In this document: positions 19,226-29,798 of the stretch, one piece after another | Position numbering within the stretch: position 1 is the stretch's first letter | Layout: the number at the start of each line of letters is the position of its first letter | Origin: an uncultured Acidimicrobiia bacterium | Lineage (GTDB): Bacteria > Acidobacteriota > Terriglobia > Versatilivoradales > Versatilivoraceae | Assembly: GCA_963786955.1 (NCBI GenBank) | Contig: CAWBAT010000005.1 | Location: 864,001 to 928,000, forward strand | Length of the DNA stretch: 64,000 bases | Reading direction: 5' to 3' | The notes under the pieces: generated by a model | The model's input: only the letters and a program-made list of their open reading frames with translations | Databases searched by the model: none | Told to the model about the DNA's origin: nothing | Translations under genes and position numbers: made by a program

Positions 19226-20448
19226 ATGAACAGTTTGTATTCCACATTGGTATGTCTGCTCGTATTGGCGGCCGCGCCGCAGGCACCTTATCTCGATTTT
19301 TCACATGCTGGGGCTGGGTTCTATGGAAGCGGCAGGGAAATCCCAGAACCGATAGACCTCACTTCAGTCAGGATCGGGGTGCTGGGGCCCGAAACGAGTC
19401 CCGAGGGGAGGCAGATGCGGTCCGCTATCCAAATGGCTATCGATGAAGCCAATGCGCGCGGCGGTTACGGGTTAAAAGTCCAGCTCCTTAGAGCATCTCC
19501 ATATGGCGAAAAATCTCCCTGTTCCGAGGAGGCTCGGGTGATTCCGTACGAAATGGTTTTTCGCCCCGACGATGGCCCCTGGGGGACAGCCACCAGCCAG
19601 GTTGTCAAATTCGCCTATGAAGACAGGGTCTGGACGATCATCGGTGGACTCGATGGCCAACGAACACATATCGCCGAATTGGTCGTGACTAAAGCCTGGG
19701 TACCGGTTATCAGCCCCGGGACGACCGATTCCACTGTTGACTACGCCAACGTCCCCTGGGTTTTCCGGGCCGTCCCCGCCGACAGCCGACAGGCCGACGC
19801 TTTGCTGGCCTTTGCCAACAAACAAGGCTATAGCCGACTGGTCGTCCTGTCTGAAATAGAAAGAGAATCCTATGCCAGTTTCAAGCGATTGAGTGAAAGT
19901 GCGCGGCATGGGCATACTACATTTGCGATGCATTTGGATTATCCGCCGGAAAATCCGGTGGCCGTCATTCCTCAACTGCAGGGTATTTCGTTCGATGCCG
20001 CCGTGATTTGGGGAAGGGGAGAGACCGCCATGCCGCTCATCGAAGGGTTGCGCCGAGCCGGCATTCAGGTACCCATCCTGGCTTGTTCGGCATTGGCTAC
20101 GCCGGAAGTGGCAAAGAAACAGCCTGTGTTGGGAAATCTGACAGTCGTGGCCCCGTATGATTTAAGCCGTCACGATTTTGAGCTGGAGAACTTCCAGCGA
20201 CGATATGAATCTCAAACCGGAACCCGGGCAGGGCCGCTGGCGGTTTATTCTTATGATGTGGCTCGGCTCGTCATCGGTGCCATAGAAAAGCAGGGCTCAA
20301 TCGAGCACTCATTCGAGATGAGCTGGCGGGAACTAGGTTTAACGGCCTCGCAGGACCTTATCGGTTCAGTTGCTTGGGAGGCAATGAGGCTGATCCCGTG
20401 CTGATGACACTTCAAGAAAACGGTTGGAGCCGAATTCAGGGCTTCTAA
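19226..20448 (+). CDS. Second LivJ-like solute-binding protein (paralog); frameshift near 20288
   Basis: VRIGVLGP, AIDEANARGG, PWVFRAVP, YSYD; adding one A restores EKAGLNRALIRDEL (paralog HKAGLNRYRIRDEM) to TAA 20446-20448. Confidence 0.8.
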
Positions 20449-20585
20449 ATCCTGCGAAAGCGCCATTTGTCCTCAGGCTAAAAACCAACAGAAACTCCCC
20501 CCAGTAGCCACTTAAGACAAACTTAGCCTGACTCTTCACTCAGCCGAGATTCATTCTCTTTTAAATGGAAGCGGGTACTAGTGGC

Positions 20586-21368
20586 TTAGTGGAGGACCTT
20601 TCCTGTGCGAGACCAACGGGTCTTGGATATGAAGTGAGCCACTACCGATGCATACTCCTGCACGTACTCGGTAATCGACTTTGGACGAGGATCATACGGA
20701 GGCGCTTCATACGACCAATAAATAAAGAGTGGTTTGCCAATGATATTCTTCCCATTGACTACGCCCCAGTATCGACTGTCATTACTATTATCTCGGTTGT
20801 CTCCCATCATGAAATAGCTGTCCGGGGGTATCGCGATCGGGCCGAAGTTATCTCTGACAATATAATCGTCAGGAATACCTGAATCGCGTTCGTAGATCTT
20901 CGAGTCGATAAAGTGTTTGTAGGACTCCTTTAGCTCCGCCCCGTTGATGTAGACCCTTTTGTCTCGAATCTCCAATGTTTCGCCGGGTAATCCAATGACT
21001 CTTTTGATGAACGGAATTTTCGGGTTCTCCGGGGATTTGAATGCCACGATTTCTCCTCGACCGATCGTTCGGGTCGGCAAAATTCTGAGGAGCATTTCCG
21101 GGTAATTTGCAGGGAACGCAAACTTATCCAGGAAAAAATGATCGCCCACCAGAATCGTTGGCTTCATGGATTCCGTGGGAACTTGCGTGGCTTGGGCGAT
21201 GAAATTCGTGAAGAAGAAAACAAAAATTAAGCTAAACACCAGACTTTCCAGCCACTCTCGCGCGGCGCTCTTCCCACGCGGTGGGGATGGCAGAGTCTGG
21301 TTGAGATCTGAGTCGGGATCCAAATTTTGAGTTGGCACTAAATCTTCTTTATTCCTTCTAAGAAACAT
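20586..21368 (-). CDS. lepB: Signal peptidase I
   Basis: VPTESMKPT (Ser), FIKRVIGLPGE (Lys), MGDNRDNSNDSRYWG. Confidence 0.95.
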   Translation of the reverse strand: MFLRRNKEDLVPTQNLDPDSDLNQTLPSPPRGKSAAREWLESLVFSLIFVFFFTNFIAQATQVPTESMKPTILVGDHFFLDKFAFPANYPEMLLRILPTRTIGRGEIVAFKSPENPKIPFIKRVIGLPGETLEIRDKRVYINGAELKESYKHFIDSKIYERDSGIPDDYIVRDNFGPIAIPPDSYFMMGDNRDNSNDSRYWGVVNGKNIIGKPLFIYWSYEAPPYDPRPKSITEYVQEYASVVAHFISKTRWSRTGKVLH

Positions 21369-21762
21369 ATTTACTCCAAGTCCGCAATGGCCGCCACTGC
21401 TCCATTAAGATCTTTTCACCTGGGGAAGTTTCATGCCCAGCCCGATAATTCTAGCATGGTCGTGCAAGATTAGGGAACAGACAGCACGGTTGCACGGGGA
21501 AATAATGTTTTGATTCAAGAGACTTCCCTAAGCAGCCGCTATCCAGTAGCGCTTGGATCGGTTTCGACATCTCAAGCTCTCAAGACTCCTCCATTTCATC
21601 AATTTAATCACTTATTTTCAATCTGTTTGGCAGTCCAATAATGGATCGCGCGTATGGGCTTCCGCTCCCGAGGCGCTCCAGCGTGTGTCGACTCACTCGG
21701 TCCATCTCTCCGCCGGCAGCTCGAAGTTGCATGAATGGAATGATGAAAGGGAGTCCTTAGCA

Positions 21763-22261
21763 TCAAGCTTCATGACATGAGCCGGATCCGACATTCTTTA
21801 ACAAGGTAGAGATCGTATTGCGGAAGGTCGGATGGAGGAGGTCTGGCGCTAGGGTCACCAACGGTTCAAGGACAAAACGACGCAAATGCATGCGCGGATG
21901 GGGGATCTGAACCTCTGGTAAATTCAGGATGATCTGATCATAAAGCAGGACATCGATATCAATCAGGCGCGGACCCCGGGGAATCCGTCGTTCCCTTCCC
22001 AATTCGGATTCTACCTCTAGACAGAAATCGAGCAACTCTTCTGGCCCTGCATGAGCCCCTACCTGCAAGACCTGATTGAGAAACCAATCCTGGTCCTTCA
22101 TAATCCACCGGTTCCGTGTGATACAGGACGGAAGCTTTTTTAATTGGAGTCCCTTTAAGGAAGAGTTTTTCGCGGGCGCGTTTCAGGTTTTCTGCCTTAT
22201 CCCCCAGGTTAGAGCCAAGAGAGAGGAATGCTTGATGTGGAGAAACAAGGACATCACTCAT
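21763..22261 (-). CDS. folK: HPPK; split by a +1 frameshift near 22098
   Basis: LSLGSNLGD...TEPVDY then QDWFLNQV...GPRLIDIDVLLY...PHPRMHLRRFVLEPL in two frames. Confidence 0.9.
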
Positions 22262-22275
22262 CGACTCATCCCTCT

Positions 22276-23300
22276 CTAGAGCAAATGTAATTGTCCGGGA
22301 GGAACTGGCATTCCGAAGTGTTCGTAAGCAAGACGAGTAGCCACGCGACCACGAGGGGTACGATGGAGGTAGCCTTTCTGAATTAGGAAAGGTTCATACA
22401 TGTCTTCGATGGCCTCGACCTCTTCACTGATTGCTGCCGCGATGGTGTTGATCCCCACAGGTCCGCCCGGAATACTTTCTCGATAATGACTTTGAGCAGC
22501 TTTTTGTCCATCTCCTCAAAACCATTATCGTCAATGGACAACATGGCAAGGCAATCCTCGGCGACAGCCCGGGTCACCACCCCATTGGCCTTGACTTGCG
22601 CATAGTCCCGGACTCGTCGAAGAAGCCGATTGGCAATACGCGGCGTGCCGCGAGAACGCCGCGCAATTTCCGCGGCCCCGTCTGGATCGATTTGAATGTC
22701 TAAGATCTCCGCTGACCGTTTAATAATGATGGCAAGATCATCTTCCCCGTAAAAATCCAGCCGATGGACAATGCCGAATCGGGATCGAAGAGGCGCCGTG
22801 ATCGAACCAGCCCGCGTGGTGGCGCCGATCAAGGTAAACTTGGGAATCTCGATAGGATGACTGCGGGCGCTCGGTCCCTGGCCGATGATCAGGTCGAGTT
22901 TGAAATCTTCCATAGCCGGGTAGAGAATTTCTTCGATTTGCGGCTGCAATCGATGGATTTCATCGATAAAGAGAACATCTTGTTCCTTGAGATTGGTGAG
23001 AATCGCAGAGAGGTCTCCCTTGATTTGGATGACTGGACCTGAAGTCGTCTTCAAGCCAACATTCAGTTCATTCGCAATGACACTGGCCAGGGTAGTTTTG
23101 CCCAAGCCCGGCGGGCCATAAAGCAACACATGATCCATGGCTTCCTGGCGAGTTCGGGCGGCGGCAATCGAGATGGCAAGGTTCTCTTTGATTTGCTGTT
23201 GCCCAATGTATTCTCTTAAGAATCTAGGCCGCAGGCTAAGCTCAAAGGTTTGTTCATCCTCAAAACCCCTGCCAGAAACAATCCGTTGTTCTTCGTTCAT
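22276..23300 (-). CDS. ruvB: Holliday junction helicase RuvB; frameshift near 22470
   Basis: [36 protein letters not shown]; C-terminal GPVG..YEPFL..RTPRGR in another frame. Confidence 0.95.
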
Positions 23301-23328
23301 GCGGACCTTATCACCCTACAAAGACTGA

Positions 23329-23931
23329 TCAGCGAGAAAGGTGTTGCAAGACACCTTTCAGCAGGCGTTCAAACCCCTGTTCCGCGCCGTTTGACGAGAG
23401 TACCTTTTGAAGGGCCCTCTCGGCCATGTTCTTAGGATAACCGAGATTGACGAGCGCCGATACAACATCGTCCTGGGCCTGTGACAAAGGGGCCCCTTCG
23501 GCAGTGACGGTCGTTGATAATACTTCGAATTTCGCTAGTTTATCTCGGAGTTCGAGCACAAGCCGTTCTGCCGTTTTTTTACCAACTCCCGGGATAGAGG
23601 TCAATTTGGCCAGGTTCCCTTCCCGAATGGCAGGAATGAGTTCCTCAGAAGGCATCCCCGATAGGATCGTGATACCAAGCTTCGGCCCGATTCCAGATAC
23701 AGAAATCAATTGTTCAAAGAGTGATTTTTCTCGGACCGTCTTGAAGCCAAACAACGCAAGGTTGTCTTCGCGAACATGGGTATAGACTTGGAGCTGGACA
23801 GGACCCCCAGTTTCTCCTGTCTCGTAAAAAGTGGAAAGAGGGATAGTGACCTCATAGCCGACACCGTTCACGTCGACAATCAGTTGATTGGGTTGCTTGC
23901 TGAGAAGTCTACCGGACAAGTAGGCAATCAT
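23329..23931 (-). CDS. ruvA: Holliday junction branch migration protein RuvA
   Basis: MIAYLSG..DVNGVGYEV, VSGIGPK, IPGVGKKTAERL, ALVNLGY. Confidence 0.95.
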   Translation of the reverse strand: MIAYLSGRLLSKQPNQLIVDVNGVGYEVTIPLSTFYETGETGGPVQLQVYTHVREDNLALFGFKTVREKSLFEQLISVSGIGPKLGITILSGMPSEELIPAIREGNLAKLTSIPGVGKKTAERLVLELRDKLAKFEVLSTTVTAEGAPLSQAQDDVVSALVNLGYPKNMAERALQKVLSSNGAEQGFERLLKGVLQHLSR

Positions 23932-24037
23932 GGAGAGGAAAAGGGTACAGTCCAGGAAACAGCCAGATTCTGTGGCTGGAACGACATGGCGAGTCAGCCC
24001 AATCGAAGGGACGGCCAAATCCATTGGCCAGGCGAAA

Positions 24038-24310
24038 TCAGGTTGTCATCTCGATCGAGTCGATGACGCCAATGACCGCCATATCGATTGGAGTAAAAGG
24101 CTTTCCCACGGAAGTCATGGCTGACCAGCCTTCCTGAGTCAGCAGAACCCGGTCACCAACACCGGCGTCAACAGCATCCACAGCCAGAACGGGTGTTCCT
24201 CGCTCCGTCCCATCCAGATTAAGAATTTGGACGTACAGGATCTTCTGGCCCTCGTGGCTGGAATGTTTCCGCGTCGCGACGATGTTGCCAATGACTTTTC
24301 CGATGAGCAT
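24038..24310 (-). CDS. BMC-P pentamer shell protein (EutN/CcmL)
   Basis: MLIGKVIGNIVATRKH..AVDAVDAGVGDRVL..IDMAVIGVID. Confidence 0.92.
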   Translation of the reverse strand: MLIGKVIGNIVATRKHSSHEGQKILYVQILNLDGTERGTPVLAVDAVDAGVGDRVLLTQEGWSAMTSVGKPFTPIDMAVIGVIDSIEMTT

Positions 24311-24392
24311 GATCAATTCGCCTGGAAACCGCCTCCGCAGGTGGGGAGCTAGCCAGAACATCTGCGTGCCCCATTTAAGGATGGATCCCGCG

Positions 24393-24666
24393 TCATTCCT
24401 CTAAATGAATTTCGTCGACAATCCCTACAATCGAAGCCTCAGTTGGCACTTCCTGATCAGGATACCAAGGGAAAGAGGCCTCTCGTCCGCGGCACCAGTA
24501 GATCACTTCTCCGGAACCTGCGCCAACACTGTCAACCGCAACGAGGACTCTCCCGACATCTTTTCCCTTTCTTATCGATCGGCTGGACTAGAAGAAGTTT
24601 TTTTCCTTCCAGCGAATCATTCTTGATGGAGCAGACGACATTGCCGATAACCCTGCCCAACTGCAT
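24393..24666 (-). CDS. BMC-P pentamer shell protein (EutN/CcmL); +1 frameshift at T4 24561-24564
   Basis: MQLGRVIGNVVCSIKN..GKKLLLVQP then VAVDSVGAGSGE..GREAS..SIVGIVDEIHLEE*. Confidence 0.88.
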
Positions 24667-24829
24667 GTGAGACACTCCTGCCCTCAAAAAAAGGGAAAGT
24701 CCAACAAAGGAATAAGCTCGCACGGCATCGACTGAAGTGACATCGAATTCTTCGCAAGTTTAAGGCTTAGGCCGGGTTCAGGAGCTGGTAGATTGAAAGC
24801 GGGCAGCCGGCAAAAAATAGCCGGCATAA

Positions 24830-25096
24830 CTAATTGACTTCGACATGATCAATGATCCCGACAATAGCGGTATCCACTGGACAATCCTTACAACCTCCGG
24901 CCATTCGGGCCGAACTGCCAGAAACAAGAATGACTTTTTCTTTGTAGCCGGCACTGACCGTATCAACCGCAATCAAATAGCCCGCCTCATCGTTTCCAGA
25001 GGGATCAATCGGCTTCACAATCAAGAGCTTCTTACCCTCAAGACGATAATCCTTGCGGGTCGCCACTACTGTCCCGACAACTCGTGCCAGAATCAT
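24830..25096 (-). CDS. BMC-P pentamer shell protein (EutN/CcmL)
   Basis: MILARVVGTVVATRKD..AVDTVSAG..GSSAR..VDTAIVGIID. Confidence 0.93.
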   Translation of the reverse strand: MILARVVGTVVATRKDYRLEGKKLLIVKPIDPSGNDEAGYLIAVDTVSAGYKEKVILVSGSSARMAGGCKDCPVDTAIVGIIDHVEVN

Positions 25097-25182
25097 GATC
25101 GTTGTCTCATCTTCTCACACCGGTTGAAGCTGACCAGAATTGGTTTCCATTCTCTCAAAAACACCTAAGAAGGAAAGGAAGA

Positions 25183-25467
25183 CTATTTGGCGGCTTTTCC
25201 GATGGGAAGTACATCTTCCAGATTGGAGTGAGGTCTTGGGATCACGTGGACCGAAATCAGCTCGCCGATCCGTCGGGCAGCAGCAGCTCCGGCGTCTGTC
25301 GCCGCCTTTACCGCAGCCACATCACCGCGAACGATGGCGGTGACATACCCCGATCCGATCTTTTCCCAGCCCACCAGCGTCACTTTAGCTGCTTTGACCA
25401 TTGCGTCGGAAGCTTCGATCATGGCCACAAGGCCTCGAGTTTCGATCATACCCAGTGCTTCGCCCAT
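25183..25467 (-). CDS. BMC-H hexamer shell protein (PduA/EutM-like)
   Basis: [37 protein letters not shown]. Confidence 0.96.
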   Translation of the reverse strand: MGEALGMIETRGLVAMIEASDAMVKAAKVTLVGWEKIGSGYVTAIVRGDVAAVKAATDAGAAAARRIGELISVHVIPRPHSNLEDVLPIGKAAK

Positions 25468-25531
25468 ATCATTTTCCTTTCCTAGACCAGTTGCCTTAGT
25501 GGTTCACATATCCGAAAAACAAAATGAAATC

Positions 25532-26312
25532 CTACGATGTTTTTTTGGTGAATTCAACCAGTGCCGCCTGGATCATATCGACCAGTTGAGTTTTCGTCAA
25601 CGTAATCGTCGACTCGTTTTCTACCGGTTCGACCCGGGGGCAACTCTCATCGAGCTTGAGAGGAGTCTTGATTCCATATTTTTCTCGTGCAATGACTAGT
25701 TTGCTGACATCCTCCGAACTAAGAAGCGTCTCCCTACCAAGGATCTGGGTCGTTAAGCTGATTCGGGCAAAGTGTTCCACAGTTTCCATCTTGGCGTGGG
25801 CCTGGAAAACGTCCGCCCCGAAAGTCACTACTCCATGATTGGCTAACAAGATCCCATCGTAATGTGGAATAAACGGGCGTATGGCGTCGCTGAGTTCCGA
25901 AGTGCCAGTCGTCCCATAGGGCGCCAAGGGAATACAACCAAAAGTCATGACCACTTCCGCTACGATCGCGCGATTGAGAGGAATTCCTGCCGCCGCAAAC
26001 CCCGTTGCCACAGGGGGGATGGGCATGAACCACGCCGTGGACCTCCGGACGCATCCGGTAGATCAGCAAATGCATGGCAATCTCGGAGGATGCCTTGCGA
26101 TGTCCCCCGATTTTATTCCCCTCTAGGTCTACGACTACCAGATCATCTTCCGACATGTAGCCTTTGCTCATGGCGGTCGGGGTCGCCAACACGCTCCCAT
26201 CTTCCAGCCGTACACTAATATTTCCGTCGTAAGCCGCTACATAGCCCAGGCCGTAGACGCGTCGCCCAATTTCAATAATATCTTTGCGATATTGATCTAA
26301 GGTTTTGTTCAT
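25532..26312 (-). CDS. Class II aldolase/adducin family (FucA-like) with putative encapsulation peptide; +1 frameshift in G6 26013-26018
   Basis: DGNISVR, TPT, SSEIAMHL, VVHAH then ILLANHGV; amphipathic C-terminal tail. Confidence 0.88.
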
Positions 26313-26543
26313 TCAGAAACCAAGGAAACAAGGTAGAATGAGCGGGATCCTCAAGGATCCGCCTGAGGCAGCCAGCATACTCCAGCGAGAGTGATCGATT
26401 CTAACAATATTCTTGTACGGCTTCAATCTGCATTTCCGGGTGCAGACATCGGAAATGGATCCTTACTATCCCACTTAAGGTTCTCAGACAGAGTGGCAGA
26501 AATTGGCGGCGAGGACAATTTTATTTAAAAAGTGAGGGGACTT

Positions 26544-26969
26544 ATGACTCAAGGGATTATTAAGACCGATAAAGGTGACATTCACATTGACTTCTTTGAC
26601 AGCGACGCGCCGATTACCGTGGCTAATTTTGTGAAGCTGGCGGAGTCGGGATTTTATAACGGGCTCAAGTTTCATCGTGTCATCCCAAATTTTGTGATCC
26701 AAGGAGGTTGTCCCAAGGGAGATGGCACCGGGGGTCCTGGGTATTCGATCAATTGTGAGATCAATTCCAATAAGAATTTGGCCGGCTCGCTCTCGATGGC
26801 ACATCGCGGCCGAAACACTGGCGGGAGCCAGTTCTTCATCTGCCATTCACCCCAGCCCCATCTGGATGGTATCCATACCGTATTCGGCCGGACCCAGAAC
26901 ATGGAAGTCGTTAATGCGATCCGCGCCGGGGACAAAATGAATGAAGTGATTATCATCAAAGAAGGGTAG
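26544..26969 (+). CDS. Cyclophilin-type peptidyl-prolyl isomerase
   Basis: [43 protein letters not shown]. Confidence 0.93.
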   Translation: MTQGIIKTDKGDIHIDFFDSDAPITVANFVKLAESGFYNGLKFHRVIPNFVIQGGCPKGDGTGGPGYSINCEINSNKNLAGSLSMAHRGRNTGGSQFFICHSPQPHLDGIHTVFGRTQNMEVVNAIRAGDKMNEVIIIKEG

Positions 26970-27012
26970 CAGGGTTCTTCTCTTCTCAGGGGGGATTCGG
27001 TAGAATTTCTCT

Positions 27013-27603
27013 TTGATCCTTCCAACCGGATTGGTGTTTCGAGGCATTCCATTGAGTCTGAACATTCTCGATATTGGTTGTGGCAATCATAAATGGCCCG
27101 GGAGTATCGGTCTGGATATAGTCCCTTTGGCTGGGGTAGACATCGTTCACGATCTCAATCAATTTCCCTACCCCTTTTCCAACGACACGTTTGATCTCGT
27201 TCGCGTCATCCATGTCATCGAACACATTCAGTCGATCCCGAAAACCATGGAAGAGATCCACCGCATTACTCGACATGGGGGGGAAGTCATCATTGAGACT
27301 CCTCATTACACGGACATCTCTTCATGGCAGGATCCTTCCCATCTCTGGCATCTCAGCACCCGGTCGTTTCATTTTTTTGGGGCGGAGCATGCGAGCAGTT
27401 ATTACTCCAAGGCCCGTTTCGAAATTATGTCTTCACGTGTCAAGTTGCTCAAACTGTACAAATGGTTGGGACTTGAATTTCTTGTCAACCTGGAAGACCG
27501 CCACGCGCGTTGTCGATTCCTGCGAAGGTTCTGGGAGCAATATCTCAGCTTTGTCATCCGGGGTAAGGTGATGACCATAAGGTTGAAGGCTGTGAAACAA
27601 TAG
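27013..27603 (+). CDS. SAM-dependent methyltransferase (type 11-like)
   Basis: ILDIGCG, HVIEH, QDPSH; start uncertain. Confidence 0.8.
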   Translation: MILPTGLVFRGIPLSLNILDIGCGNHKWPGSIGLDIVPLAGVDIVHDLNQFPYPFSNDTFDLVRVIHVIEHIQSIPKTMEEIHRITRHGGEVIIETPHYTDISSWQDPSHLWHLSTRSFHFFGAEHASSYYSKARFEIMSSRVKLLKLYKWLGLEFLVNLEDRHARCRFLRRFWEQYLSFVIRGKVMTIRLKAVKQ

Positions 27604-27900
27604 GAGGGGCCTCCTCGATGGTAGCCAAAGCAAGGAATTCAGGTTTCAGGGCAGGTTCTTCAGCAATATCAGAGTGCCCATGGAGACTCATGGCCTATCT
27701 CACGGCTTTCCTCTCAGAAGAATTTCCGCTAAAGGGTATAACTTCTGGTGTGGGAAAAGGCCGTTTTCTAAACAACGAACAATGCGGTCAAAGCGAAATA
27801 TTCCCAGAAACTTGGCAAACCCAACGAAACATCGAATCTCAGTGTAGATTCACCTTCTCGCAAGAGGCGCAGCCTTTCAGAAAAACCACTCGCGATTGTT

Positions 27901-28548
27901 TTGGTTAGTGGAGGGATGGACAGTTGTGTTTGCGCTGCCATCGCCCAAGAGAAATACAAATTAGCTTTCCTGCATGTGTCTTATGGGCAGCGGACACAAT
28001 TACGCGAGCAAAAAGCGTTCCATGACATTGCCAGGCACTACGATGTCCAACAGAAGCTCGTTTGTCATCTTGATCATTTGAGCCAGATCGGTGGATCGAG
28101 CCTGACAGACAGAGGAATTCCAGTGGCAGAAGCAAATCTGAAGCAAACCAGAATCCCCACCAGCTATGTTCCGTTTCGAAATGCTCATTTTCTCTCCGTC
28201 GCGACATCCTGGGCAGAAGTCATCGGAGCCCATTTGATTTTCATCGGAGCGGTCGCCGAGGACAGTTCTGGTTACCCCGATTGTCGGCCAGATTATTATA
28301 GGGCCTTTAATCGGCTCATTCGCGTGGGTACAAAGCCAGAAACGGAGATTACAATTGTCACACCCGTCATCCATATGAAAAAGAAGGAAATCGTTAGCAC
28401 AGGCATCAGGCTCGGAGCTCCGCTCCAACTGACTTGGTCGTGTTATCAGAATGAGGTCATGGCATGTGGTCGTTGCGATAGTTGTGCACTCAGGTTGAGA
28501 GGCTTTCAGGAAGCCGGATTCATGGATCCCATCCACTACGTTAAATGA
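27901..28548 (+). CDS. queC: 7-cyano-7-deazaguanine synthase
   Basis: SGGMDS, YGQR, YVPFRN, GYPDCR, TWSCY..CGRCDSC; the coding frame continues upstream (PLAIVL) with no canonical start, so the start is uncertain. Confidence 0.93.
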   Translation: MVSGGMDSCVCAAIAQEKYKLAFLHVSYGQRTQLREQKAFHDIARHYDVQQKLVCHLDHLSQIGGSSLTDRGIPVAEANLKQTRIPTSYVPFRNAHFLSVATSWAEVIGAHLIFIGAVAEDSSGYPDCRPDYYRAFNRLIRVGTKPETEITIVTPVIHMKKKEIVSTGIRLGAPLQLTWSCYQNEVMACGRCDSCALRLRGFQEAGFMDPIHYVK

Positions 28549-28628
28549 AATAAATCTGATTAACCCGATGTTTTTTTTGCGCTATAGTTGACCAAGGAAT
28601 AGTGAATTTTTTATATCCGGAGGTTTAA

Positions 28629-29717
28629 ATGCCTAATCTCAAGAGACTTTTCCCGCAACTAGCCTTGGTTCTGGCTCTTTTTCTGACCCGTTTAAGCTTC
28701 CCTGCTTTTTCTCAATCCACCGGCATGATCGAAGGCACGATCATCGGTAGAGACGGCAACCCGCTAGTCGGTGCTTTGATCGTCATTGAGCGAAAAGATA
28801 TCAAACAACATTTGGAAGTGAAAACCAACAAGAAAGGCCAATATATCCATGCCGGTTTGAACTCCGGCCTTTATCGGGTCTCCGTGAATTGGGAGGGAAA
28901 AGAGATTTATTATTTTGACAACACGAAAGTTTCAATTGGGGAGCCGACCAAATTGGACCTCAATTTGAAGGACAAGGAGAAAGAGGCACGGGAGGCGTCA
29001 ACACCAGAAGATAAGGAAGTTGAGGAGAAGATTGAAGCAGCCAAGGGAAAGCATGAAACAATGAAAGCCCGCTACGAAAAAGGGCGGGAGTATATGCAAG
29101 CTAAGCAGTATGAGCAAGCGCTCGAAGAGTTTAAGGCGGCCGCCGAAATGGATCCCAAGCAGTATGTGATTTTTGCCAGCATGGCTGAAACCTACAAGGG
29201 GCTGCGGAAGTTCGAGGAAGGCATCCAGAGCTATACGCAAGCATTGACTGTCCTGGCAGAAAGATCAAAACCGGACCCACAGATTGAAGCCAGTTATCAC
29301 ATGAACCTGGCCCTGATGTATGCCATGGCCGGGAAAATGGAAAATGCGACTGTAGAAACAAAGAAAGCCGCCGAATTAAACCCTGCTACCGGCTCCAAAG
29401 CCTATTTCAACCTCGGAGCCACTCTCGTTAACGCCGGGAAAGCAGAAGAAGCGATCAGCGCGTTTCAGAAAGCCATCGAAATGGACCCGAGCAACGCTGA
29501 AGCACTATATCAGATGGGAATCTCTCTGATGAGTAAAGCTCAGATCACGCCGGAAGGGAAAACAATTCCCGCCCCCGGCACGGTAGAAGCTTTCCAGAAA
29601 TACCTTCAGCTTCAACCCAACGGCCCTAATGCAGCGACGGCTAAGAATATGATCGAGATGTTGGGGGCAACGATCGAAACAAAGTTCTCAGCGGATAAAG
29701 AGAAGAAAAAGAAATAA
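28629..29717 (+). CDS. Secreted carboxypeptidase-regulatory-like domain + TPR protein
   Basis: Signal peptide, KTNKKGQYIHAGL, TPR repeats. Confidence 0.85.
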   Translation: MPNLKRLFPQLALVLALFLTRLSFPAFSQSTGMIEGTIIGRDGNPLVGALIVIERKDIKQHLEVKTNKKGQYIHAGLNSGLYRVSVNWEGKEIYYFDNTKVSIGEPTKLDLNLKDKEKEAREASTPEDKEVEEKIEAAKGKHETMKARYEKGREYMQAKQYEQALEEFKAAAEMDPKQYVIFASMAETYKGLRKFEEGIQSYTQALTVLAERSKPDPQIEASYHMNLALMYAMAGKMENATVETKKAAELNPATGSKAYFNLGATLVNAGKAEEAISAFQKAIEMDPSNAEALYQMGISLMSKAQITPEGKTIPAPGTVEAFQKYLQLQPNGPNAATAKNMIEMLGATIETKFSADKEKKKK

Positions 29718-29798
29718 GTGAATCGAGCGAATTGGGTGGCTTTTCTGGGCGGTGAGGCATCAAATCCAAGCGCTCTGCGGGTGGAGAATTTTCCATTT

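Noticed and set aside
21763-23300. folK and ruvB as pseudogenes or programmed frameshifts
   Set aside because: Isolated indels, no slippery heptamer or further decay; part of a window-wide error pattern
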